From NCBI GenBank assembly GCA_003971905.1, contig RSEE01000003.1, forward strand, positions 496,001-560,000: 64,000 bases of DNA. Reading direction: 5' to 3'. The notes beneath the pieces were generated by a model. It made no database searches. It was not told where the DNA came from and saw only the letters and a list, made by a program, of their open reading frames with translations. Both the position numbers and the translations under genes were made by a program. The DNA comes from Moniliella sp. 'wahieum' (lineage: Eukaryota). The first letter of the stretch is position 1. Each line of letters starts with the position of its first letter. Positions 1-12,876 of this stretch are shown here, in pieces.

Positions 1-2103
1 CTCATAGTTCTTCTTTGCCCAATGGTCTGCTGAAGCCGACTTAACCGTATACTGCTCTCATTCTCCTGTTGTCCTTCCCCCCCTCCCTCTGGCAGAAGAG
101 ATAATGGTATCTCATCCGTATAGACTGTGGGGGCGAAGTTTCCACCCCGTCGTTATCCACCTTAATCCACCTTGGCATATATTCAGTACTATACGAGTGA
201 ATCAGTTGACACCACGCATTACGGTGAGATATGTGTACTTCTGCCTTCGTTTTGTGGTTTAGCGTCAGTTTCGCCACGGTGCACAAACACCTCGTTCACT
301 CTGTTGTTCTGTCTTACCACTGGTCCCCGCGAATGTGTGCTAAGCCGATGCTAGGCGTGTGGTTGACGTACTTTACTTGATGAGCCTGCGCGAGTCCCAC
401 CCGTGCTATATTGACAGCAACCTGAAGCAGCCGAAGAAAAAGCCGAGCCGAGAAGACACGGCCCGGCGGCATATCACGTAGAGCTGACACGGAAGGCAAC
501 CTCCAGTGTTTTACTAACGATGATCGATTATCGATGAACGATGGCAATTCTCCGGCACATTCATGTATATTGTCCCACACTTGTACCTCTCCGAACTCAG
601 CTCTCGGCCTCTTTGTCCTTTTTTTGTCTCGTGTCAACATGTCAATAACTGTAAGGCGCACCGACGTCCAATGATTAATGTTCCCTACGAACGAACCGCC
701 TGTGTGCAAGAAAGCCGAGTTTCTGAGCGACTCTCAGATCTCAGCTGGTCTTGGCCCCGACCCGAGTGACTAGTGATACTAGTGACTAGTGAGCCGCTGA
801 GCTCAGGCATCGGTGTATTCATATCCGTTTCAAGCGTCAAGCTCACTCATCGATCATCGATAACCTCGATAACCGGTAACCTGCCGCCGTTGTGGTATCC
901 TACTCAGTTCCAGTAGGGTTTATAATTCGGAACAAAAGTCTGGTATTAAGCGGCTGAGAGAAATTAGTTGCACAGCCGATGTTCGTGCCTCTAATGTACT
1001 GTGGTGAGACCCTCAGGCCTCACATCTGAGATCTGGAGAGTCTGAGATACGAGAACCGGCAGTCAGATCCCTCTAGCACTATAGTAGCCACTTAAAATGT
1101 AGTCTTGAAGCAAGCTTCAAGTCATCAAGGGGGTGTCTTGGTGTCTGCACTCTTCTGTGTTCCCTACTATGAGGCTAAGTATACCACACAAGCAAGACAC
1201 ATAATGTTATGCTTGTTGCATGATGCATATGATGCTGTTCGACCGGGTGAACCGTCGGTACTGAACTATATACAAAGGGATACATCCCAGGGTGTGTTAT
1301 TGTACACCAAAGAAGAAACAATCCTCCAACCTATTGGTATTTGATCAGCTTTTGAGCTCGTCCACCGCCCCCCAATCCGACGACATCTGCTTTATTCATG
1401 TATATAGGGATCTACAGCTAAGAGGGACCGAGGCGGCAGCTAAGAAGTAGAAGAGGGGGGAAGGACACTCCTATGTGAGAGAGAAGTGAAGCCACACAAG
1501 CGTTAGTCGCTGACAAAAAAAGGACCAAAAAAGACGGAGGAGTCTTGGGCGGCAAAAGACGAAGAGATGAGAGGAAGAGAGCAATGACGCGCATTAGAGT
1601 GCCCGTCTCGTCTGTTCTAAACCTTCTGTCCAACAACCGTAAAATTCGAGCAGCGCAACTCCCCCTATAGAGAGCTCCAATGGAACTATTACATACGCCA
1701 TGCACTGTTGTCAGGGAGCGTTTGGACCCGACAACGCCTAGTGTGGCATCTCATACCAGGCCTCAGGCCTCAGTCATTTCTTACGCAGGTCCTCATTAGC
1801 CAAGGTGACGCTAGGATATTGGGTTCAATGTTGGCGACAACAGCTTTCTTTTTGGTTTTTTGTGCTGAAGAAGGAGAGAATGGAGGAGGATGCGGTTTTG
1901 TATCAAAACCGCTGGAACTAAGACAAAAACTGAAAATACAAAGAGAAGAAGAGAGAATGTCTTTTTACCTGCTCCACGTACACTCTTGGATCATTGCAAG
2001 CCTTATGCGAAAGATGCTTTACCAATAGAAAGCACCGACATGTTGCAACTCACAGTTAAATGCATGTAGGGGGGAATTTACTGTAACATTTACTTAGCGT
2101 ATA

Positions 2104-2195
2104 GCTTCAATGGGTTAGTGGTATACTACATCGTTGCCATTACGGCTGGCCCTTTAGACATCGATGTGACAGGGGTTCGATTCCCCTTTGAAGCA
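2104..2195 (+). tRNA. tRNA-Gly(GCC) with 21-nt intron
   Basis: Acceptor stem GCTTCAA/TTGAAGC, anticodon stem CATCG/CGATG with loop TT-GCC-A, intron ~2140-2160 after position 37, T-arm AGGGG-TTCGATT-CCCCT, oligo-T terminator at ~2200. Confidence 0.93.
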
Positions 2196-3049
2196 CCACC
2201 TTTTTGCTCAAACTCTGCTGAATGGAGGGACAATTATGCATGGGTTGTGTTGTCGGGCGTCTTATCGTTTTTGCCGGCACCAGCCTGCCGCCCGATCACT
2301 CTTCTGCGCCCTCATTTTTTGGTACTCGTTCGAATGCCGAAGACACCTAAGGGAGCGGATGGGCAGAAGGGTGACCGGTGACCGGTGCCGGTGAGGCCCG
2401 AGGAGAAAAGGTGATGGATCTTGAAGCAAGACATGGGTCTGGGTGCAGGGGAATCTCGGACTAGGCACAGGACCAGTGAGACTACAGGAGAGAGTGCACA
2501 GGCAACAGGTGAAGTGCCACGGGACGATACTCGCGGCGTCGAAGCAGCGGAATCGAGGCGAACTGTGGTCTATCGACTGTAGGACCAGGGGACCCCAGTC
2601 AACACAACCACTCTTCATGTAGCCTGAATATCGAAAAAATATGAATACCGATCACAGCTGATCGCCCGGCATCCAAAGCACTCTTCCACCCTTCACGGGG
2701 AATCCGGAATGGAGGTGGACTACAGCCTGAGGGAATCAGGTACAAAGGATGCTATTAATAAAGGGTGTGCATATACCAAACTGATAGACAGGACGAGCAA
2801 CACCTGCTGTGGAGCCCCATAATGCATAATACGAAGCTAGCTACATGGGCTCTGGGTTGCAGTGAAATATACACTCTGTGCAGGACCAGAGAAATTGGAA
2901 AGCATTATAATATGTGGTGATATGGTGTCGCCATCTCGTGGTTTGTTATTTTGAGATGAAAGCTCGCGATGTTGTCCATGCGTCCCTTGTGGAGTTCCGT
3001 GTCACTGTTGGGCTATAACGCGGTGGGGGACTGATCGATTTACACTTTT

Positions 3050-3540
3050 GAACGCTCAAGTTGAGCGCTCAGGCTGAGCCTCAGGCCTGAGCCTCAGGGT
3101 TCTGGGGCCTCAGGAGGCCTCAGGTTCAGCGCAGCCTCAGCCTCAACAACGGTGACCAGACTATCGATATGGGGAATCTTACCGAAAGTATACTAGGGAT
3201 TCGTGATTATCGATTATCGTTTAGTGACTGACTAATAGGGACTGTGACATATGTGACTAGACTGACACTCAGAACTCAGTACACTCAGAACTCAGTACAC
3301 TCAGTACTAGTACTAGTGTTCCTAAATGTTATGCGTTATGCCACACAGTATATATGCGTCTATACTGGCATCGATGACCTGTGACAGTGTCGCATGTCAC
3401 ATCCAGTGACTAGTGACTGTGCCATATGTCAAAAATGTCCAACTTTTGTAAGTCACATGTCACATGCCTGATGTCTGTCACATGTCACAGGTCACCATGA
3501 GAGCGGCTATACGAAAAGGAGTAACGCGTAACGAGTAACG
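3050..3540. repeat. Cluster of 7-bp-period palindrome arrays (representative)
   Basis: AGCGCT, AGGCCT, ATCGAT, ACTAGT, AGTACT, ACATGT and ACGCGT units separated by single bases. Confidence 0.85.
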
Positions 3541-4165
3541 GATGCGGGGGTTTCACAGGGACTTTTCGAAGAAGACAACGCAACCCCCCAGAGCGCGTGG
3601 ATAAGGTGTTGTGCGTGGAAGAGGTGGAAGGGTGGATGGAAACGAGCGGTTGCCGCCGACAGCGGCCATTGAAGATTGAAGCCTTCTGTGAGTCTCTGAG
3701 GTCTCTCAGTTCAGTACCCTCAGCCCTCAGTTGAGGCCTTAGTCTCCTCAGTCACCAGTACTGAACGTACTGAATGTTGACTTCCGTTCTCAGCCTCACC
3801 GCGATCTCCATAATAATACCGGATCTGTAAGATGTATCCGTCCCCCTCATTGCGAGGGAGCTGATAGATGTGGGCTAGCGTTTCCTATCCCCAGCGTTCA
3901 GCGCTCAGCAGAGGTAATAGGTTTGTTTATGATCATCGATCAGAATGCAACAGAAACATGGAGAACAGAACCACACATGTTGTGAGATCGAGACAAAACA
4001 TTTTTTGATAATCGATAACAAAAGGATTAGTAGTGATTACAAAAGGATAGTACACAGCTAGGAAATCGTCGTCTTCATCTGCGTCAAAACAGAAGGTGGG
4101 TGAAGCTGTGATCAACTATTACTTGTCACGGTCCCGAAGGAAATGCTATGCATGGATTCTTTAGT

Positions 4166-5471
4166 TCATATAAACTCCTCGGTAACCATGCCAGGGAGAC
4201 CAGACGGGGTTTTGGAACGAAGAGAGCGTTCCATGACCTCACAAGTACGGAGCATGTCCATTAACATGCCTTGTACGCACCTCTCTGATTCGTCAATCAG
4301 TCCAGGTGGCATTGAGCTTGCTCTGCCTTCACCAGAGGACAAATCCAAAGGGTTCCCTATTTGGGTAGAAGTGGGGGTGCCAGGAGATGGATGAACTGTC
4401 TCACAACCCAACCGGGAAATGGAATCCCGCGACTCTTGCGCATGAGGTAGTGGGGCGAAGTTGAAGCCAATGCTCCCGGAAGGGTCGAGACGAGAATTGA
4501 GACGGCATGTACGAGTACTGTTGCAGAAGGGACGGAGTCAAGGCTTCCCTCGGGAACAGAGGAGAGGTTCTTCGTTGAAATGAGAGACTTCATGCTCGAA
4601 GGACCTCCGTTTTCTTCTGGACTCAAGAGGGGCACAGTCACTAATAAAATAAGGAAGAGTCAGTATGCAGCTGGATATGATAAACCCACAAATAAGTACA
4701 AGAGGACAACGCACTCATGCCCGATCGTGATGCTGCAGATTCAAGGCGCGTAATAGGATACGCCTGCAAGTCTGTAAATGAAGGGGGGCCGGGTTATTGC
4801 GTCTGCATCGAACGGTAAACCGTGGTGGAGATAACCTGTGGAGGGCATTGTATCGGGCTGGTGCAACGGTAGGCGTTGAGGAAATGATCGGGAGAGTAAG
4901 TACTCGGGATATTTTTTTCTTGACAGTAGGGCGGCGGTTATAACCAGCACATCGTGAACATTGCTCTAAGTCAGAGCAGTTCATGCACGCTGTAAAGTTG
5001 CGAACGTGGTCAGCGCTCAGGTTCGGTGCTCTTAAAGGGACCAGGGTTCATGCAAAAGCAGACGTACCTTTGTGCTTGTGTAGGGCTTTCGACACAAGCT
5101 TAACATCTTCCTGTTTTTGCAGTGCAAGCGCGCATGACGGACCAAGGAGTCTTGACGTGTGAATGACTTCAGATGAGAATATGTTAAGTTAGTTCCAGGA
5201 TAGCACCACACCACCGATTTATTCACTTACCTTAGGACACCAAGGGCATTGAAAGGCTTCAAGTCCGAATGAATGTACTCGTGACGCTGAAGGTGGAGGA
5301 GTCGGTTAAAGTTGCGAAAACAGACAGTGCAAGTAAAAACTCGTGACTCTTCTTGCTCCCCATCACTCGCACGCGTCTCGGGCGAAGCCGTGTAATTGAC
5401 GAAGGATTTGGATAGGTAGGCGCAGGTGAACACGCCGAGGAAGTGGTGCTCATTGGCTCGGGGGAGGGCAT
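4166..5471 (-). CDS. C2H2 zinc-finger transcription factor (two fingers plus a Cys4 motif), paralog A; spliced, frameshifted
   Basis: FTCTVCFRNFNRLLHLQRHEYIHSDLKPF-x-CPWCPK / intron / SFTRQDSLVRHARLH...HKHK / intron / ACMNCSDLEQCSRC. GT-AG introns at about 5230-5167, 5067-4991 and 4715-4642. Stop at 4166 is inferred. Confidence 0.8.
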
Positions 5472-6861
5472 GGTACAATAGTCTCGGGAGGCTGTGTCGA
5501 TCTTGCGAAGATGAATGATGCAAAAGTGCGTATTGGTGAGTGCTAGAGACTGAATGTAGTGAAAAAAGGGGGAAGCCGGAAATGGTGCAGAATTGGTGAA
5601 GGCAGCAGGCGAAGACGAAGGAGGATGAGACAAGTGACGTGGATGAGAGTGGGTGTGTCTGTGGGCACCCTATACCTCCGAGAGAGAGTGATGGAGGTAA
5701 TAGGCCTGGCAGCAAGGAGAAGAAGGCAAGAAAGGGGTTGCAACGGCGTGAGTGTCTCCTATAGAACCAGACGAGGCGCCCTTATATATGTTCGCTGGAG
5801 ACGGAAAAACAGTGGATAGCGTTTTAGATGATGTGGGCACGGGCACTTGCACAGAGACTGAACATCTGCGTGTTCTGTCAGAGTTCTCAGTCAGATTGCC
5901 TCCTATTCCTTTTACTCTTGCTGCCAGGTATATCACAAAATCATTAGACCGTATTAGACCGTATGATCAGGGTCATCGATTGGTCCCCCAAAGTGCTAGC
6001 GCTCTCTCAGTTCTTGCACTTGTCAATATAATCATGATGCATGATCCACATGATGCGTGATGCGTGAGTCCACATCCGTTGGGATCACTCGATCACTAGC
6101 TTCACTAGTCACTGGTTCCAAGTAGTCTGCTCTTCTCCTGGGGCCTGGCATAGCTCTGAGTCTCAGACCTCACAGGTGAAATCACTTGAACGCTGAACGT
6201 CAGCGCGTCAGCTTCAGCCTGAGATCTCACGCACAGCCTGAGCGTAGAGAATACCCTTCTCTCCGTTTGCTGGATACTTCGTTGTGATGCGCACGCAGTC
6301 TCGATGCACGATTGAAATCACATGTCGTTTTGGAGTCTTGCTGGGGCAAGCCAGGGCAGGCTTGAAGCTGGAAGCTTGAAGCAAGCTTGACCGGCCTGAG
6401 GCCTGAGGCTCCCAGTCAGGCCTCGGGGCTTCAGGGCCTGACATTTGTGACAGGCACCATCAGAGCGCAAGAATCGCGGATGGCTACCAAGGTACCAAGT
6501 GCTATAAACGTATGCTGTGGTACATGGTACGCCAGAATGGATCACCACGTCACAGGTCACAGGATGCATGATGTATGATGCATGATGACATGATGCATGA
6601 CATGTGACATGTGATTGTCACCGCTCTGTCATAATATCAGCGGTCACCGGTCACCGTCGTCACATGAAACTGCATGGTGCATGATGCATGATGCACGGCA
6701 TCCGATCATGTCCGCGATGTTGTCGCCGGCCACCCTCAGGCTCAGGTGCCTTTGCCACAGACCTCCCAACGCCTAAGACCCAACTATAGCTACCAAAGGA
6801 AGTATAGTGGTGGTACTTCGGGTAACTAGGGTAACTATAGTAACTAATAACTAGCAACCAC

Positions 6862-7044
6862 TGTCACAGTCGGGGCTAAGGCGAGGGAGACCAGGATCAG
6901 ACTAGGCCAAGGGGTGCAGCAATCGTTCGTGGGGAAGAAGCAAGAACAGAGGACATGGTGCGAAGTGGAAGGAACAGGGAAGGAGCGAGATGCTCGAGAC
7001 GAAGAGAAATTGGAAATGGGAGCGAGATCAGCCAAACTATGACA
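6862..7044 (-). repeat. 3' LTR
   Basis: TGTCACAG...CTATGACA, direct repeat of 10320-10499. Confidence 0.96.
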
Positions 7045-7054
7045 TTGCCCCCTT

Positions 7055-8560
7055 TCAGACCTCATCTCCCGGGCGGCGACGGAGGCGAGAGAGGGCGAGT
7101 CGGCGGGCATGGGAGACAGGCTTATCGGGGTAGAGGGCGTGGAAACGGACCACTGGCTCGGCGTCATGAGACATGTCCGCAGCGGGTACCCACTCCCTCT
7201 CGTGGACAGGATAGCCCGGAAGTGAACAAAGTACTCAATGCGGCCTCCACGACCCTTGCGGCGAGAGTCGAGAACATGTTCGACCTCGTGATGAACCGCA
7301 CCATCATCAGCATACTCGGGGAGAGGAGGCGGGGGCTCGATCAAGCGGGCAGGGACCACGTCACCAAGGGTGTAGGCTCGCAAGCGGGACACATGGAACA
7401 CGTCATGGAGGTGTAGGTAGTCGGGGAGGCGGACCTGGTACGCGGCGCGGCCCACGGCGCGGACAATGGGGAAGGGGCCGATGTAGCGATAGTCGGGGCC
7501 GTCAGAAGGCCGCTGGCTGGGCACATACCCGTCCCGAGACCAAGACAGGCTGGCCAGCAGTGAAGGAAGCCGCCTCGGTGCGTGCTGGTCGGCATAATGC
7601 TTGTAGCGTGCTTGGGCCGCGGCGAGCGTGCGGTGGGCCACCGCCTGGGCCGAACGCAAATCCTCCACATATGACGCAGCAGCGGGCACGGGCGAAGTGG
7701 AGGGCTCCAACTCCCCCGGGGAGAGTAACCATAGGTGAGGACAAAGGGGGACTGGTGGGTGCTTGAGTGGGAGGACGAGTTGTAGGCGAATTCGGTGGGG
7801 AGGAGGTCGAACCAGTTGGACTGCTGCTCGTCGAGGTAGCAGCGGAGGTACTGTTCGAGGATCTGGTTGAGTCGCTCAGTCTGGCCGTCAGTCTGGGGGT
7901 GGGACGCGGTGCTGAGGCTCGACTTGATGCCCAAGTCGGCGCACAAGGCTTGCCAGAAGTGGCTTGTGAAGGTCGGTCCCCGATCACTCACCAGATCCCG
8001 GGGAAGGCCATGGTAGCGAAAGACATGGTGTACAAACTGGCGTGCGAGCTGGGGCGCAGGTCCGTGTGTGGGCGGGAATGAAGTGACCCATTTTGTTGGT
8101 AAAACGATCCACCACCACCAGAATCGCGTCGTAACCATTGGATGGGGAAGGGGTAATGTGGTCCATCGTCAAGTGGGTCCACGGGCCTTGGGGAGGGGAA
8201 AGGGGCTGGAGGGGTCCGGCGGGTTGGTGGCAAGGCGCTTTGGTCCGTTGGCAGCGGTCGCACGAGCGCACGTAGGCCCACACGTCGGCTGACAGGCGGG
8301 GCCACAATATTGAGCGCGGACACGGGCCAACGTCTTGTCGCACCCATGGCCCGCCAATGCCGAGTCGTGGGCTTGGTGGAGAATGGCAGCGCGGATCGGC
8401 CGGTCGCCGGGGACGTAGGCCTGGTTTCCGTGCCACAAAAGACCGTCGCGGACCGTCAAAGCATGGCGAGGTGGGCTTGGAGCCGTAGCAAGGGACCAAC
8501 GAGGGTCACGAGGCACGAGTTGGCGGATGCGCTGTCGAATCTCGTCGGCAGACACTCGCT
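7055..8560 (-). CDS. Retrotransposon integrase (HHCC, DDE core, GPY/F) with C-terminal chromodomain; frameshifted
   Basis: AHDSALAGH...CDRCQ (HHCC); [23 protein letters not shown] (D-D-E); YIGPFPIV (GPY/F); [23 protein letters not shown] (chromodomain). Confidence 0.93.
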
Positions 8561-8715
8561 CCACCACGGTGTATCGGGGTCCGCCGCCATGAGCTTGAGG
8601 GCGGCGGCAGAACGTTCGGACATGGGCTCCGCCAGTACTGAGGTGCCGCGCCAGCGGGCGGGAGGGAACCGAGGAGGGAAAAGGAATCGAGTTGACAGAG
8701 GGGGGCGAGATGGGG

Positions 8716-10277
8716 TTAGATGAGGAGGTGGACTTGGGGGGGCCCGGGCGAGTGCTGGTGCTGGTGCGTAGTCTTGGTCTTGGGCTGGTCTTGGGGATGG
8801 GCTGGTCTTGGGGCTGGGGCTGGTCTTGGGGCTTGGGCTGGTCTTGGGGCTGGGGATGGTCTTGGGGCTTGGGCGGGAGTTGGGGCTTGGGCGGGAGTTG
8901 GGGCTGGGGCTGGGCTTGGGGCTTGGGCTGGGCTTGGGGCTTGGGCGGCAGTTGGGGCTTGGGCGGGAGTTGGGGCTGTGGCCGGGGTACAGTCGTGGAA
9001 GGCATATGGGTGATCACGGCACTGCACCTTGAGCGCGGGCGCGGTGCGCCGGGCCGCCGCTTCAGCGGTGGCGGTGACTGCGCGGAGGTCCATGGGCTCC
9101 GCTTCGGGCGACGAGGGCCGAAACCAATGATGCCGCCCGATCCCGGGGAGAGCTGGTACCATGAGCGCCCAGCGATTGCGATTGGTCGATGTCAATGGCC
9201 GCTGTGCGCAGTTGTTCGAAACTGATCCGTCCCAAGTGAGCGACTCGCCGCGGGAGGCGATTGCGTCACGCACCCGCGGCTTCAAGCCGTACAGAAAGCA
9301 ATAGTAGCGGTCCTCATCCGACGCGTTGGGGTTCCAGCGACGCAGCAGAACCGTGAGCGTAGCGGAATAGTCCGCTGCAGATCCCGTCTGCCGAAGACGA
9401 CCAAACTCCTCAAACGCCTTCAGCGCCGGGTGGTTGCGCCCCACTGCTCCAGGAAAGCTGCGCGAAACGCAGGCCAAGACTGGAGGGCGGGTTTGGTGCG
9501 CGCCTCCAGGGGGAGGGCCACCTCCGAACCGAATGCGACCCAAGTGAGGGCCTCCCCTGCAGCAGGCCCATGAAGCGGTCAATCCATGCCGCCGCGCCCA
9601 TATGCGTGAGGGCGACGCGCGCTAAATCTCGAAGGAGGTGACGACGTGCTGGGCCTGGACCCGGTCACGAGATGTGGGGTTCGCACCAGACGACGGGTGG
9701 AAACGAGCGGGCTCGAACATCTTCGGCTCTTCCGACGCCTTGTTCGGGATGGCGGTCAGATCACCATAAGGCCAGGGGCGGGAGCGGGGGCGGGGGCCGA
9801 GGACACCACGCCAGTCTGAGCCTCCCGTACCGAGGCGGCCAACCGGGCCTCTTCCGCGGCGAGCGCCGCCTCCTCCCGCCGCTGACGGAGGCGGTGCTCA
9901 CGGCGCTTCGCCTCTGCTCAGCCTCGAAAGCGCGGCGTGGTCCTCCTGGGCTGCAATGTAGGCCTGAGTTTCCCGGGCCTCCGTCAACAGAAGCTGGCGC
10001 ATTCTGCGGGCCTCATCGACCCGGCGCTGAGCGGCCTCGAGGCCCAGCCCGGACAGGTCGGAGGCAGGCAATGTATACCCCGGGGGCGCGGGCGCAACAG
10101 ACGGAGCTGCATGGGGGGGTCCAGAGGGGCCAGCCGGGTGGAACCACTCCGGGCCATCGTCGTCGAACGGAGCGTCAGAGGGGGGGTCGGACGGGGGTCG
10201 GATTGGGCCGCGCCGCGCGATGGTTGGGCGGCGCGCTAGGGTTACTGGGTCAGGGGGTTGTCGTGGATCGAGGACAT
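8716..10277 (-). CDS. Retrotransposon Gag with Pro/Ala/Gln repeat tail; frameshifted
   Basis: LRQTGSAADYSAT...FLYGLKPRVRDAI (retrotransposon Gag capsid-like) and the EPMDL motif typical of fungal Gypsy Gag. Start ATG at 10277 is inferred. Confidence 0.82.
8770..8978 (-). repeat. 18-bp tandem repeat inside the retroelement (PAQAPT/PAQAPR-like hexapeptides)
   Basis: Repeated GGGCTTGGGCGGGAGTTG / GGGCTTGGGCTGGTCTTG units. Confidence 0.9.
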
Positions 10278-10319
10278 CTCTGGTCGGGCTCGCCTGTTGA
10301 CGGTTTAGACGAACGATAA

Positions 10320-10499
10320 TGTCCAGTCGGGGCTAAGGCGAGGGAGACCAGGATCAGACTAGGCCAAGGGGTGCAGCAATCGTTCGTGGGGAAGAAGCAA
10401 GAACAGAGGACATGGTGCGAAGTGGAAGGAACAGGGAAGGAGCGAGATGCTCGAGACGAAGAAATTGGAAATGGGAGCGAGATCAGCCAAACTATGACA
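10320..10499 (-). repeat. 5' LTR
   Basis: TGTCCAG...CTATGACA, followed by TSD ACCAC. Confidence 0.96.
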
Positions 10500-12842
10500 A
10501 CCACTAACTACTACTACAGCTATAACAACTTCAGATCTCAGATCCTGTAGTATACTATGGTTCATCATGTGGTTCATCGATCGCGCACATGTGTGCCACG
10601 CTCATTCGTACGGGCTCGCGCTACATCCGGTTTGGAAGCGAACGGCGGGAGCCAGAGGGTCCAGACCTGCTGCCGAACTCAATCGCTGGGCTCTCCTGTG
10701 GATTGGGAGCTAGCACGAACTAGGATATAATAGCAGCACACACGTCTCGGATGAGTGAGCCCTCCGGTAATAGGAGCAGAGCCTTTCTTTGCCCCTGTCT
10801 TGAGCATGGAAAATGATAATGATTAATGATACACGAATGCCATACCAGATCTCAAGAGCTCAGGTCTCAGGCTCAGGGAAGCACCGGAGACTCACATGTC
10901 GCTTTGGGGTTAAAAACGTAATTATAAATCTTATTATACCGCAGGCAAAACCCGCAACGCGTAACCCGCCCCCGGGTCGCGCGGTCAGGGGGTCAACGTT
11001 CAAGTTGAACTCAACGTTGAAGCTTGAAGTTCAACACGTTCAGCAGGGACAAAATAAATATACGCTGACTCTACTGACTATCTTGAAGCTGGAAGCTTGA
11101 AGAGCTTGAAGCTGGACTAACTCCTGACTCTCATTGTGGCTATTTTAACTGTTACTTTACTAGTTACTGTGAAGCTTGGAGCTTGAAGCTTGAAGTCCTG
11201 TGCAGCAGGTGTAGTCTGAGGATCCGAGGACTAAATGATAGTGATTATGCAAACTATGGTGATACCAGTGATATTATGGCCAAAGGCCGCCGTTACCTGA
11301 CGGTGGCCGCTGTTGTTACATGAACTAGTGGTCGTTTGCCCACACAATGACACTTTTAATGACATGTGATAGTGATAACCACGGCTAATAACAACTAGTG
11401 ACTAGCGACTAGTGACTTCGCTATACTTGGTACTTTTCTAATCAAGCTTCAAGCTTCAAGCTTCGAGTAGAATATTAGTTAGTAGAGTCGTATATCACAT
11501 GTCACATGTACCCAAGATGTCATGCTTCCTGGACATATCCTCATTTTTCGGTGTCGGAACTAAAGATAGATCGGAGCTATAGACGGAAGGCAATATGATG
11601 TTTAGATACCAGATGGATTCCCACCGCGGGAGCTGTAGACACCTGACTTTTTTGTGCGTATAGCCTGGCATTATATTATGGAGTACTGTGTCACATGGGA
11701 CTCAGGCCCCAGGTCCCAGGCCCCACGGCCTCACCGCCGGCCTCAGGCTTCATCAATGCATCATGCATCACAGGCCCGAAACAGTCTGTGGAGGTTGGGG
11801 TATCCTGTAGGATCGAGGACACCAATGGTTCAGGCGCTTCTGGTAGGCGCAGAGTTTCCCTGTCACGAATGCAAGACGGTGTGGATATTTGCCAGAATCG
11901 CGGGTGCAGCGAAAAGTAAATAAAATGACAGCCAATGTTGGCCTCAGATGTGGACAATACAATTAGTAGGGTTATGCGCGTCTGTATTATAGTCCGACAC
12001 ATGCTGGAATGTGCTTTCAACCATCACTTGCAGTCCACAATTCTTGGCTTTGTATTTCACCCGACCTTAATGACATTTCTCGTCGTGGCGTGTATATATG
12101 CGGAACCACCACCGCGCCGTGTGTGATGGAAATGAATGACCAGGGACAGGTGACGTGTGATGTCACATGTCGCACATGATGCATGATGCATGACGCGTGA
12201 CGGTATTGCAAGTACTGCATAATGGCGTTTACCGTTTACCGGGTACCGAAAGGAAGACCGTGTTTAACATGCTCGAAATGAAACACGGGGAAGAGCGACA
12301 TGAGCTGATCGAAAGGGTAAAGGCGAAAGTGATGAGAGGCGGGTACTATGGGATGTTGATGAAGGCAACGGGGGGGGGGGGGAAGGGTCATAACCATGTT
12401 TCGACCACATGTTATCCCATTCTTGTTTCGAAAAAGAGACTGACCTTTTCTGTTAATACCAACACATATGAGAACACATTTCTTGCTAGCATTCATGCCA
12501 TATGCTCCCTCTCCTATCCGTTTTACAAATGCTGTACGGATTCGTATAAACTACTTAGCGGTCGTTGTTGGATGCCCTCTATCCTGTGGTTGTTAACGAT
12601 CGGGATGATGCCTGAGGCTCAGGCCTGAGCGCGCGAGCGAGCAGAGGAATGATTCATGAGGCCGGAATGAGGGGGATCGAATCGACTATGACGCGATGAC
12701 GGCTCTCTGGAGGTTTTATTACTTTCATCGGTGGTTTTCTTACACCCTGCATCAGTGCATCATCAGGCGAGATTTATGCATAGCAACGTAATAAACGAGT
12801 CGGGAGAACGCATTAGTTGAACAGCCAAAAGTTACTATAACA

Positions 12843-12876
12843 CTGGAAGACCACCGGGCCTACGGCCCGGTCAGCT
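12843..12876 (-). mobile_element. Short Helitron-3'-end-like fragment (hairpin)
   Basis: ACCGGGCCTACGGCCCGGT hairpin, near-identical to 18945-18977, flanked by a direct repeat CTATAACA. Confidence 0.4.

Larger units (their letters stand above)
6862..10499 (-). mobile_element. Ty3/Gypsy chromovirus-type LTR retrotransposon, 3.6 kb, non-autonomous (gag + integrase-chromodomain only)
   Basis: TG..CA LTRs at 6862-7044 and 10320-10499, identical except small deletions. 5-bp TSD ACCAC at 6857-6861 and 10500-10504. Polypurine tract GAAAGGGGGCAA (minus strand) next to the 3' LTR. Confidence 0.96.

Noticed and set aside
3050..3540. Palindromic repeats as a CRISPR array or synthetic polylinker (HindIII, SpeI, AgeI, MluI, StuI sites)
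   Set aside because: No constant 25-40 bp repeat with unique spacers and no cas genes. The arrays are degenerate and spread over the whole window in native fungal context, with no vector sequence.
8692..9225. Plus-strand Gly/Trp-repeat ORF (GWSWGLG...) as an Argonaute-hook-like protein
   Set aside because: It is the antisense reading of the 18-bp repeat inside the retroelement; there is no independent sign of a gene.
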